10,226 nt of DNA from Burkholderiales bacterium (GCA_046153355.1 JBJXEY010000096.1:1-10226), one strand, 5' to 3'; shown: positions 1 to 6,885, counted from the first letter of the stretch. Numbers and translations are program-made. The notes: generated by a model not told the origin, from the sequence alone.

Positions 1-624
1 GCATCGAGCATGATGGAGACACGCCCCGAGAGCACATCCTGATAGGCCTGCGGCGCGGCTTTGTATTTTACTTCCAGAATATCAATGCCGGATTTCTTGT
101 TGATCCAGGAACCGATCATGGAGAATAAAGGCACGATCGAGGCATAGGACAACTTGCCGGGATTGGCTTTGGCAAATGTCGCCATCTCTTGAATCGTGTT
201 AAACGGCAAGGAGGGATGCACGAACACCCCTGAAGCCCCGGTGTCATCGAGCATAACCGCGATATGGGTGAAATCGCGATCCGGATCGACTGGCATGACC
301 TTCTTTATATGTGGGTCGATGCCGAATATGGATTGCGAGGCGAAAAACAAAGCGTGCCCATCCGGGGCGGACTTTGCAACGTGCTCCGCGGCAATGTAAC
401 CATCCGCGCCAGGTCTATTCTCTACTACCACGCCTTGATTGATCACGCGCGACAAATGATCGCTGAACACGCGCGCTGAAACATCGGTGGCGGTGCCTGG
501 CGAATTGGCGACCAAAACACGCACCGGCGCGGTGGGCCAGCGTTGCTGCGCGTTGGCCGCGCCGCTCAGTGCCGCGCTCAATACCCAGACTATCGACAGG
601 GCAGAAATAGCAAGCTTTTTCATA
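1..624 (-). CDS. Tripartite tricarboxylate transporter substrate-binding protein, Bug/TctC family; partial: N-terminal 208 aa in window, 3' end beyond the left edge
   Basis: Manual reverse-complement translation from ATG (complement of 622-624) gives MKKLAISALSIVWVLSAALSGAANAQQRWPTAPVRVLVANSPGTATDVSARVFSDHLSRVINQGVVVENRPGADGYIAAEHVAKSAPDGHALFFASQS.... This shows a signal peptide and the typical Bug-family pattern (VENRPGA, PDGY/H). GGAGGCT Shine-Dalgarno lies 6 nt upstream. The frame stays open to position 1. Confidence 0.8.
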
Positions 625-645
625 TAGCCTCCTGAGAGTAACAAT

Positions 646-658
646 TTCAATAATTGAA
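646..658. promoter_or_regulatory. 13-bp perfect palindrome TTCAATaATTGAA in the 5' leader/promoter region of the TctC gene; candidate operator
   Basis: Inverted repeat TTCAAT-a-ATTGAA read directly at 646-658. It sits 22-34 nt upstream of the minus-strand start codon, inside an AT-rich intergenic region. Confidence 0.3.
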
Positions 659-747
659 TTAATTTGTTTATTGATCAAAGCAACAGCGCCGTCAAATAAC
701 AAATATCAATATCATTTTTAAGATTGCATAGGAGGTCGATCGCTCAA

Positions 748-764
748 GGATTTTATTAAAATCC
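748..764 (-). terminator. AT-rich hairpin (7-bp stem GGATTTT/AAAATCC, 3-nt loop) just downstream of the FGE-domain gene stop; weak terminator-like element
   Basis: Perfect inverted repeat ggattttATTaaaatcc, 5 nt after the TGA stop (complement of 769-771). No clear U-tract follows, so it is weak. Confidence 0.3.
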
Positions 765-768
765 ACCC

Positions 769-1698
769 TCAGCGCTCGCGCACCACGCGAAAACCGATGT
801 GATAAAAACCGATCGCGGCTTGATAGTTGCCGCGATTGGCGAGACGCACATTGTTCTTGTGGCTATTCCAGGAGGCGCCGCGCGGCACGCGCATCGAACA
901 GTCGCCTGCAAGCCGTGCACTGCCGTCATCGGGCGCGCCCGCGTAACCTAAGTTCCAGCAATCCGCGGTCCATTCCCAGGCATTGCCCAGAACGTCGTAC
1001 AAACCAAAGGCATTGGGCCGATAAGAACCGACTGGCGCGGTGAACACTTGACCATCGTCGCAGGTGACAAATGCTTCGACGCCCTGCTCGCGTTTGAGCG
1101 ACGCATCACCAATATTGGCGTAGGCGCAACCTTCATCGATACGTTCGCCCCAATTACGTGCACCCGTGGCGCCCGCGCGCGCGGCATACTCCCATTCCGC
1201 TTCGCTGGGTAACCGATACCGCTTGCCTGACTTTTTGGATAGCCAGTTTGTGTACGCGATAGCGTCGTCCCAGGAAATACACACCACTGGATGCTCGTTA
1301 TCTTGCGCGAATCCTGGCGCCTGCCAGTTGCGCGCCGGATCGTGAATCCACGTCTGTTGGCTATAATGCGCGCAAGCCGCCATGACGCGTTTGGTCTCCC
1401 ATTGAAAACGCCCAAACTCGCCGCGCGTTACCTCGAAGCGACCGATGGAAAACGCATACGGGATGCGCACCGGGTGCCGCGGATCTTCGCGCCCACCCTC
1501 CCATTTATCTAACTCGTCCGCGGGCGATCCCATCAGAAAGGCGCCAGCCGGTATGGCAACCATTTCCGGGCACTCGGCGCAGTCGCGGAAAATACCTGAG
1601 GGAAAATCGGATAAGGCGGTTAAACGCGGGCTAAGCGACGCGCATCCGGCAAGCCCAAGCGCAGCCACAAAAATGGCGCAACGCGAAAAACAATTCAT
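769..1698 (-). CDS. Formylglycine-generating-enzyme (FGE/SUMF1)-domain lipoprotein
   Basis: The ORF-track 769..1920 frame is trimmed to the internal ATG (complement of 1696-1698). This gives MNCFSRCAIFVAALGLAGCASLS, a lipoprotein signal with an L-A-G-C lipobox. The body shows FGE-sulfatase family hallmarks: RVIRGGSW-like RGASWNS, GLYDVLGNAWEWTADCW, HPVVCISWDDAIAYTNWLS and GFRVVRER at the C-terminus. It lies 28 nt downstream of the enolase-family gene stop. Confidence 0.8.
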   Translation of the reverse strand: MNCFSRCAIFVAALGLAGCASLSPRLTALSDFPSGIFRDCAECPEMVAIPAGAFLMGSPADELDKWEGGREDPRHPVRIPYAFSIGRFEVTRGEFGRFQWETKRVMAACAHYSQQTWIHDPARNWQAPGFAQDNEHPVVCISWDDAIAYTNWLSKKSGKRYRLPSEAEWEYAARAGATGARNWGERIDEGCAYANIGDASLKREQGVEAFVTCDDGQVFTAPVGSYRPNAFGLYDVLGNAWEWTADCWNLGYAGAPDDGSARLAGDCSMRVPRGASWNSHKNNVRLANRGNYQAAIGFYHIGFRVVRER

Positions 1699-1726
1699 GG
1701 TGACCCGCCCGTCAAAGTACCATCCA

Positions 1727-2803
1727 TCAAACGCTTTGGTATTTCTCCTTGGCGCCCGGCGCGAGCACCACGCCATGCCCAGGTCGCTCCGGAATCTGGA
1801 AACAACCCTCCACGCATTGCAACGGATACTCGAACAAATCTGTAGGTATCCAATCCATGAATTCGACCAGGAACCCGTTGGACAAGGCACCCACCACATG
1901 AATCGACAGCTCGTGCGCAAGGTGGGGCGAGACGATTAATTGGTTTGCCTGGGCCAACGCGGCGATACGCAGGGTTTCGGAGAAACCGTTGGCATGCTGC
2001 ACATCCGGCATCAGATAACGCGCGGCGCGCGCCTCGATGAGATCGCGAAATTCGTAGCGGGTGTAGGCGTTCTCGCCCGTGGCCACCGGAATACGAATCG
2101 AACGCGCCACCTCGGCGCAGGCCGCCACATCGTCGGCGTTGACTGGTTCCTCGTACCAAAGCAAATCCAAATCCTCCAGCATCCTTGCCTGCTCGATACT
2201 CGCATGCACATCATGTCGTTGATTTACATCCACCATCACGCGCACGCCATCGCCCAACGCGCGGCGCACTGCCTCCACCCGTTTTCGATTTTCGCGAGGA
2301 TCGGGATGATGAATTTTCATTTTGTAGTACTTACAACCCATGGCGACATAACTCTTCGCCTCGTTGATGAGATCGTCAATGCTGTAGTTGACGAAACCGC
2401 CACTGCCGTAAGCAGGGATGCGATCATTCACCGCGCCCCAAATTTTATACAAGGGCATCTTCGCCACCTTGCCGACGATATCCCACAGCCCGATATCGAT
2501 GGCCGAAATGGCGAACGCCACGAGACCATGTTTCTTTCCCGACTCGCCGCGCGTCATGGCATCCCATAGGCGCTGAACGTAGAGCGGGTCCTTGCCGATC
2601 AAGGCCGGCTTCAAGCGGGTTTCCAAATACACCTGGATGGCCTCGACATTGCCGCCACCAAAACCCAGCGTCGTACCTAGGCCGGTAATGCCTTCGTCAG
2701 TTGAAATCTCCGCCACCACCAGCTTGTGATGCGCGAATTGCTTTTTCATCTCGCGTTGCATGGGAATGGTAAGAATGCAGGTGTTGATCGCGGTGATTTT
2801 CAT
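1727..2803 (-). CDS. Enolase-superfamily protein (mandelate racemase / muconate lactonizing enzyme family; probable acid-sugar dehydratase/cycloisomerase)
   Basis: 358-aa ORF with GAGGA Shine-Dalgarno 5 nt before the ATG. Motifs are typical of the MR/MLE family: KxK region (KYYKMKIHH), metal-ligand region (VMVDVNQ...EEP...D) and an N-terminal capping domain (MKITAI...EISTDEGITGLG). Confidence 0.85.
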   Translation of the reverse strand: MKITAINTCILTIPMQREMKKQFAHHKLVVAEISTDEGITGLGTTLGFGGGNVEAIQVYLETRLKPALIGKDPLYVQRLWDAMTRGESGKKHGLVAFAISAIDIGLWDIVGKVAKMPLYKIWGAVNDRIPAYGSGGFVNYSIDDLINEAKSYVAMGCKYYKMKIHHPDPRENRKRVEAVRRALGDGVRVMVDVNQRHDVHASIEQARMLEDLDLLWYEEPVNADDVAACAEVARSIRIPVATGENAYTRYEFRDLIEARAARYLMPDVQHANGFSETLRIAALAQANQLIVSPHLAHELSIHVVGALSNGFLVEFMDWIPTDLFEYPLQCVEGCFQIPERPGHGVVLAPGAKEKYQSV

Positions 2804-2918
2804 TTTTCCTCACTGAAAATTTAACGAAATGGGTAACCGGATTATGATCCGACTCGGCAAAACGGGAGCAGCATCGAGACTGACGCAAGAACGATTTTAA
2901 TTTCAACGGGGAGCAACT

Positions 2919-3893
2919 ATGTTGGCTATTGCATTGCGCGCGTTTTTACGGCGAATCACCAACGCCACCATTTGCGGAATTTGTCTAGTTGGCGGATCGC
3001 AAGCCGCCGAACCCGCGTCCACCAGCATGACGTTGCGCAGAATCGCCGCCGATGTCTACATGATGCAACACCCCACCGGGTCGAGTAATGCGGCCTTCGT
3101 CGTCACCCCCGAAGGCGTGGTGGTGTTCGACGCCGATGTGCGCACCGGCGACCAAGTGATGGCAGCCATCCGCCGCACCACCAAGCAAAAGGTTCGCTAC
3201 GTCATTTCCTCGCACCCCTCCGGCGATCACGCCACTGGCGTGTGGCATTTTCGCGAGGACAAGCCCATCTACATCGCCACGCGCAAGCAGATGCGCGACC
3301 TTTTCATGCAGGAAAAAGTGGAGTTCGAGGAACGCAAGGCTTCCAAGGACCCGCGTTTCGAGGTGTATCGGAAGGCAGAACTGGTGCAACCCGAAATCGG
3401 TTTTGATGGGGCCATGACGCTGCAATTCGGTGGCCTCACCTTCCAACTCACCGAAGAAGGCAGCGCGCACAGCACCAGCGACGTAACACTCTACATCCCG
3501 CAAAGGCGCGTCATGATGATGGGCGACTTGCTCGACACCGAGATCCACCCAGGGCCTGGAGAATCAGCGCAGGTGTTTTTCTCCAATGCGCGAAATTGGA
3601 TTGCGATCCTCGATCGCATTATCGAGCGGCGGCTACCCGTGGATACCTACATCCCCGGACACGGCCCGGTGCACATTGGCCGGGGTGTCGCCGATCTGGA
3701 AGAACAAAAGCGCTACTTCGTGGTGATGCGCGACGAAGTTTCGAAAATGATCGCTGCGGGAAAAACTGTGGGAGAGATTCAAGCGGAATTCAAAGTGCCG
3801 GCGGAGTTCGCCCATTACGGCGGGCCGGCTCGGCTAAAAGCTTTCTTGAATCTTTTTTATCACCAACTGCTAGAGCGTGGGTTCTGGCCGTAA
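2919..3893 (+). CDS. Secreted MBL-fold metallo-hydrolase (metallo-beta-lactamase superfamily)
   Basis: 324-aa ORF with GGGGAG Shine-Dalgarno 6 nt upstream. The N-terminal signal peptide has an AxA-like cleavage region (GGSQAAEP). A beta-lactamase-fold motif region (VISSHPSGDHATG; later HGPVH, D/H ligands) is present, and the second His of the canonical HxHxDH is replaced (H-P-S-G-D-H). Confidence 0.8.
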   Translation: MLAIALRAFLRRITNATICGICLVGGSQAAEPASTSMTLRRIAADVYMMQHPTGSSNAAFVVTPEGVVVFDADVRTGDQVMAAIRRTTKQKVRYVISSHPSGDHATGVWHFREDKPIYIATRKQMRDLFMQEKVEFEERKASKDPRFEVYRKAELVQPEIGFDGAMTLQFGGLTFQLTEEGSAHSTSDVTLYIPQRRVMMMGDLLDTEIHPGPGESAQVFFSNARNWIAILDRIIERRLPVDTYIPGHGPVHIGRGVADLEEQKRYFVVMRDEVSKMIAAGKTVGEIQAEFKVPAEFAHYGGPARLKAFLNLFYHQLLERGFWP

Positions 3894-3902
3894 AGTTTTT
3901 AC

Positions 3903-3948
3903 CCGCACAAAACGCACAGCGCCAACCTGTGGCGCTGTGCGGGTCCTA
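3903..3948. terminator. Bidirectional intrinsic terminator between the convergent MBL and HNH genes
   Basis: Perfect 12-bp stem CGCACAGCGCCA / TGGCGCTGTGCG with a 5-nt loop, nested in a longer imperfect repeat ACCCGCAC...GTGCGGGT. A U-run follows on the minus strand (TTTTGTG) and a weaker T-rich tail on the plus strand. Confidence 0.7.
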
Positions 3949-4509
3949 CTTTCGCAGCCGGCTAGTTTTAGGCACGCGGTCCAGCAAAAAGGCCATTTGA
4001 TCCGCGAGGATATGGCGATTGCGCAGAATAAAGTGCTCGTGCCGGTTGGGCGTGTAAGGCACGAATAGCAGCGGCATCCGCGCCTGCTCTGGCGTTCTAT
4101 CCGCTTTGCGAGAATTACACGCACGACACGCCGCGACAATATTCGTCCACAGATGGCGCCCGCCTTTGGATACCGGCAAAACGTGATCGCACGACAAATC
4201 GCCATCGCTAAAACCAGCACCGCAGTACGCGCACAAATGGCAATCACGCGCGAACAGCAAATCGTTATTGACCGCGGGCGTACGCGCCAACAGGCGTGAA
4301 GCATGCCCAACGCCGCGAAGCGCCAGGATCGACTGCGTTTCCAGGCGTGAACGGCGTCCATCGCGCTGAAATCCGCCGCGGTATTCGCACACCCGCTCGC
4401 CCAAAGACCACGCAACCTGCCTCTTGGCGTGGTAGGTCATTGCCTCGTCCATGCTGGCCCAAGCTTGTGGCAGGCCGGCCTGATCGAGCGTGAGGATCAT
4501 GGTTTTCAT
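3946..4509 (-). CDS. HNH endonuclease (McrA-like HNH nuclease family)
   Basis: 187-aa ORF. The HNH core is recognisable: CHLCAYCG...DHVLPVSKGG...N..ACRACNSRK, i.e. the Cys4 zinc knuckle plus catalytic His/Asn. It is co-directional with, and 93 nt downstream of, the SPFH gene. Confidence 0.8.
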   Translation of the reverse strand: MKTMILTLDQAGLPQAWASMDEAMTYHAKRQVAWSLGERVCEYRGGFQRDGRRSRLETQSILALRGVGHASRLLARTPAVNNDLLFARDCHLCAYCGAGFSDGDLSCDHVLPVSKGGRHLWTNIVAACRACNSRKADRTPEQARMPLLFVPYTPNRHEHFILRNRHILADQMAFLLDRVPKTSRLRK

Positions 4510-4547
4510 AAATTCGCCTATCTCATTTCCGTCTCGATATCCATTCG

Positions 4548-4561
4548 GCGGCTTTCGCCGC
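4548..4561 (-). other. GNRA-tetraloop hairpin (GCGGC-GAAA-GCCGC on the transcribed strand) in the SPFH-HNH spacer
   Basis: Read directly from the sequence. No U-tract follows, so it is not a terminator. Likely an RNA structural or stability element within a bicistronic transcript. Confidence 0.4.
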
Positions 4562-4602
4562 AGGATGGCTCGATTGCGCGACTCATAAACTTACATTCAG
4601 AC

Positions 4603-5745
4603 TCAAGCTCGGATTTTCACCAAATCCTTGAGAATGCCATCCAACCCGCCATATACCGAGATCTTGTCGATCTTCTCGGTCACCCTTTCCAAGGTTTCCA
4701 GCTCCTTCAAGCGCAGCGCAACTGGGTTGTCTTCCATCACCTTTGCCGTGTTCAGCAAAGACCGCGTTGCTGCGGTCTCCTCGCGCCGGCGAATCACATT
4801 GGCCTGCGCCGCCTTTTCGGCCTCGACGACGCGATTCAAGATTGTTTTCATCTCTCCCGGCAGGATGATGTCTTTCACCCCGACGGATTCGATTTCCAAT
4901 CCGTAACCTTGCACGCGCCGCTTGATAGTGTCGCCAACCGCCTCGTTGGTAATGCTCTTGTTCTCGAGCAATTCATCGAGGCTGCGCGTACCCACTGCCG
5001 CGCGCAGGCCGAATTGCAGCTCCTTGTACAGAAACTCCATTGGCTTGGCCTGCTTCGTAAATGCCAGCATGGCATCGGTGATGCGATAACCCGCGGTCAG
5101 GTTCACCCGCAAGCTCACCTTGTCGCGCGTCAGGATTTCCTGGCCGGCAACCTCCAACACCTGCAAACGCAGATCGATGTTTTCCACCTTCACCTCGCGC
5201 AGATGGCGCCAGAAATAGTGCATTCCAGATTCGAGCAAGCCCGAAAACTTTCCATCCACGTAGAGCATCCCGACGCTGTGGGAAGGCACCATGGCGACGA
5301 AAACCCCTTCGCTGCCAAGAAACTTCAACGGGCCGCGCGAGACGAATGCCGTTACTTTGGGAACCAATTCGGGCGCAATCGTGCATTCGGTCCCGATGTC
5401 AACTTTCTCAAACGCCACATCGATATAGCCCCTCCAATAAAGGCGACGCGTATTAGGACGCAAAATCTCGACCAGCACTCCGCCCTCATATCGCAATGCG
5501 ATTTGTGCAGCGCCCACTTCGATGGTCACGAACTCGCGCGCCACCAGATCCGGCTCCGCCATACGCAGGTAGTCGACCAACTTGTGATCGAACTGGGTTT
5601 GCGCCAACGAAAACTTCTCGACAGTAAGGCGATGCAAGGGATCGAAATAGGTGTATTCGCCGGCGCCAAGAAAGTCTACAAAATCGCCTTTGCGAAGCAG
5701 CATGGCGCGCTCGTCTTTCTTTACAAACACTTTAGTCATCAACAT
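4603..5745 (-). CDS. SPFH/band-7 (stomatin/slipin-like) domain protein, predicted cytoplasmic (no N-terminal TM helix)
   Basis: The ORF-track 447-aa frame is trimmed to the ATG (complement of 5743-5745), which has AAGGAG 7 nt upstream. The start is MLMTKVFVKKDERAML. The C-terminal half has SPFH hallmarks (GLEIESVGVKDIILPGEMKTILNRVVEAEKAAQANVIRRREETAATRSL...NPVALRLKELETLE). No hydrophobic membrane anchor is present. Confidence 0.8.
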   Translation of the reverse strand: MLMTKVFVKKDERAMLLRKGDFVDFLGAGEYTYFDPLHRLTVEKFSLAQTQFDHKLVDYLRMAEPDLVAREFVTIEVGAAQIALRYEGGVLVEILRPNTRRLYWRGYIDVAFEKVDIGTECTIAPELVPKVTAFVSRGPLKFLGSEGVFVAMVPSHSVGMLYVDGKFSGLLESGMHYFWRHLREVKVENIDLRLQVLEVAGQEILTRDKVSLRVNLTAGYRITDAMLAFTKQAKPMEFLYKELQFGLRAAVGTRSLDELLENKSITNEAVGDTIKRRVQGYGLEIESVGVKDIILPGEMKTILNRVVEAEKAAQANVIRRREETAATRSLLNTAKVMEDNPVALRLKELETLERVTEKIDKISVYGGLDGILKDLVKIRA

Positions 5746-6006
5746 TGTTTTTCTCCTTCTCATAAAAATGGTTCCGGCTTCCCGGCCGTTCGAGGGACAA
5801 CCGTGTTGCAAGCAAGGGAGACAAGCCGCGCCGCCCGCGATCGACCAATCCAATCTCATATTCGATCGGATAGACGGCCACGTATGGCTGTTGCTTTCTC
5901 GCCAACCTGCGCCAACGGCGCACATTTCGAACGGCTGGCGCGGCAAACCACTTGCCGCCGAAGCCGAACCCGGGCACTACATAAAACAGGCCTTTCAAGG
6001 ACCTAG

Positions 6007-6080
6007 GTTTTCCAGCGGGATTTGAACCCGCGACCTATCGGTTATCAGCCGATTGCTCTACCCAACTGAGCCATGGAAAT
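6007..6080 (-). tRNA. tRNA-Ile(GAT)-like, no encoded CCA, discriminator C, A1.A72 mismatch
   Basis: Hand fold of minus strand: ATTTCCA TG GCTC AGTTGGGTA GAGC A ATCGG CTGATAA CCGAT AGGTC GCGGG TTCAAAT CCCGC TGGAAAA C. The anticodon loop CUGAUAA is canonical. Pos 1 (A) cannot pair with pos 72 (A). Confidence 0.65.
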
Positions 6081-6153
6081 GGAGCGGAAGGTAAGAATCG
6101 AACTTACGACCTCGGGCCATGCCGCCCGCGCTCAACCACTGAGCTACATCCGC
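6080..6153 (-). tRNA. tRNA-like gene with CAU anticodon in a 6-nt anticodon loop (non-canonical; possible pseudo-tRNA); CCA encoded, its terminal A shared with pos 1 of the downstream Ile gene
   Basis: Minus strand: GCGGATG TA GCTC AGTGGTT GAGC G CGGGC GGCATG GCCCG AGGTC GTAAG TTCGATT CTTAC CTTCCGC T CCA. It has a perfect 5-bp anticodon stem but only 6 loop nucleotides. There is a U.U mismatch at 6:67 and a shortened D-loop. Confidence 0.5.
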
Positions 6154-6303
6154 ACGTATCCATCGTTCCCGCATCGCGGTATGCGCCCATCCAATTTTCA
6201 GGACGAGCGCACCAGGGAGGTCTCAAGAGCCTCGCCCGCTGACAACGCGTTCGCGACGAATTCTTTTTCTGCCAACTGTGGCAGTGGATATGGCAATAAA
6301 AAT

Positions 6304-6382
6304 TGGCGCCGCCGGTAGGACTCGAACCCACAACTTCCGCGTTCGAAGCGCGGCACTCTGATGCCAATTGAGTTACGGCGGC
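6304..6382 (-). tRNA. tRNA-Arg(TCG), CCA encoded
   Basis: GCCGCCG TA ACTC AATTGGCATCA GAGT G CCGCG CTTCGAA CGCGG AAGTT GTGGG TTCGAGT CCTAC CGGCGGC G CCA. All stems pair, with one G.U in the T-stem. Confidence 0.8.
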
Positions 6383-6388
6383 ATAAAT

Positions 6389-6465
6389 TGGGGTGATCGA
6401 CCCGATTCGAACGGGCATCTACTTGGTTCACATCCAAGTGCTTTGCCGATTAAGCTACGATCAAC
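6389..6465 (-). tRNA. tRNA-His(GTG) with G-1 and C73, CCA encoded
   Basis: G(-1) TTGATCG TA GCTT AATCGGCA AAGC A CTTGG ATGTGAA CCAAG TAGAT GCCCG TTCGAAT CGGGT CGATCAC C CCA. G-1/C73 is the bacterial His identity. Pos 1:72 is U.C. Confidence 0.75.
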
Positions 6466-6471
6466 GCTGAC

Positions 6472-6549
6472 TGGTCAGTGCGGTGAGATTCGAACTCACG
6501 ACCTCCGCGTTCCAAGCGCGGCGCGCTAGCCTGGCTGCGCTACACACTG
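6472..6549 (-). tRNA. tRNA-Pro(TGG), CCA encoded
   Basis: CAGTGTG TA GCGC AGCCAGGCTA GCGC G CCGCG CTTGGAA CGCGG AGGTC GTGAG TTCGAAT CTCAC CGCACTG A CCA. Confidence 0.85.
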
Positions 6550-6557
6550 AATAAATT

Positions 6558-6633
6558 TGGCAGGGACGGCGCGATTCGAACGCGCAACCCCGAGCTTCAA
6601 AGGCTCGTGCTCTACCGATTGAGCTACATCCCG
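6558..6633 (-). tRNA. tRNA-Gln(TTG), CCA encoded, G73
   Basis: CGGGATG TA GCTC AATCGGTA GAGC A CGAGC CTTTGAA GCTCG GGGTT GCGCG TTCGAAT CGCGC CGTCCCT G CCA. Pos 1:72 is C.U, compatible with the known weak 1:72 pair of Gln tRNAs. Confidence 0.8.
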
Positions 6634-6641
6634 ATAAAACA

Positions 6642-6717
6642 TGGCGCCGCCGGCACGGCATCGAACCGGCCTCTCGGGGGCTTCAAACCCGCGCTAATCC
6701 TTCTCAGCTACAGCGGC
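6642..6717 (-). tRNA. tRNA-Phe(GAA)-like, irregular (U.C at 31:39, one extra bulged nucleotide in 3' T-stem strand), CCA encoded
   Basis: GCCGCTG TA GCTG AGAAGGAT TAGC G CGGGT TTGAAGC CCCCG AGAG GCCGG TTCGATG CCG(T)GC CGGCGGC G CCA. Confidence 0.55.
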
Positions 6718-6724
6718 TATGTTT

Positions 6725-6801
6725 TGGTGCTGTCGGTCACGCATCGAACGGACGACCTCCCGCTTACAAGGCGGGTGCTCTTCCCACTGAGCTACGACAG
6801 C
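6725..6801 (-). tRNA. tRNA-Thr(TGT), CCA encoded, with one extra bulged nucleotide in the 3' T-stem strand
   Basis: GCTGTCG TA GCTC AGTGGGAA GAGC A CCCGC CTTGTAA GCGGG AGGTC GTCCG TTCGATG CG(T)GAC CGACAGC A CCA. All other stems are perfect. Confidence 0.7.
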
Positions 6802-6809
6802 GTAATAAA

Positions 6810-6885
6810 TGGCATCCCCGGCAGGATTCAAACCTACGGCCTGCGGATTCGTAATCCGCCGCTCTATCCTCTGAGCTACGGGGAT
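6810..6885 (-). tRNA. tRNA-Arg(ACG), CCA encoded
   Basis: ATCCCCG TA GCTC AGAGGATA GAGC G GCGGA TTACGAA TCCGC AGGCC GTAGG TTTGAAT CCTGC CGGGGAT G CCA. The T-loop has U56 with A at the D-loop position expected to pair with it (apparent A19-U56 covariation). Confidence 0.8.

Noticed and set aside
769-1920. Longer 383-aa version of the FGE-domain ORF
   Set aside because: The upstream 74 codons overlap the 3' end of the enolase-family gene in another frame and have no signal-like sequence. The internal ATG gives a perfect lipoprotein signal peptide, so the short form was chosen.
2838-2851. CGGAT-tatg-ATCCG inverted repeat between the divergent enolase-family and MBL genes
   Set aside because: The arms are only 5 bp with a non-palindromic spacer, so it is too weak to call an operator.
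4429-6006. 525-aa plus-strand ORF
   Set aside because: It lies entirely antisense to the SPFH gene and the tRNA-array flank. It is Arg/His-rich with no motifs and no RBS, the typical mirror ORF of a high-GC coding strand.
6154-6303. Possible twelfth, degenerate tRNA in the 150-nt gap between the CAU tRNA-like gene and Arg(TCG)
   Set aside because: Only short tRNA-reminiscent strings are present (GGTGCGC ... GCGCATACC). No D-, anticodon- or T-arm can be assembled. It is treated as a spacer with small hairpins.
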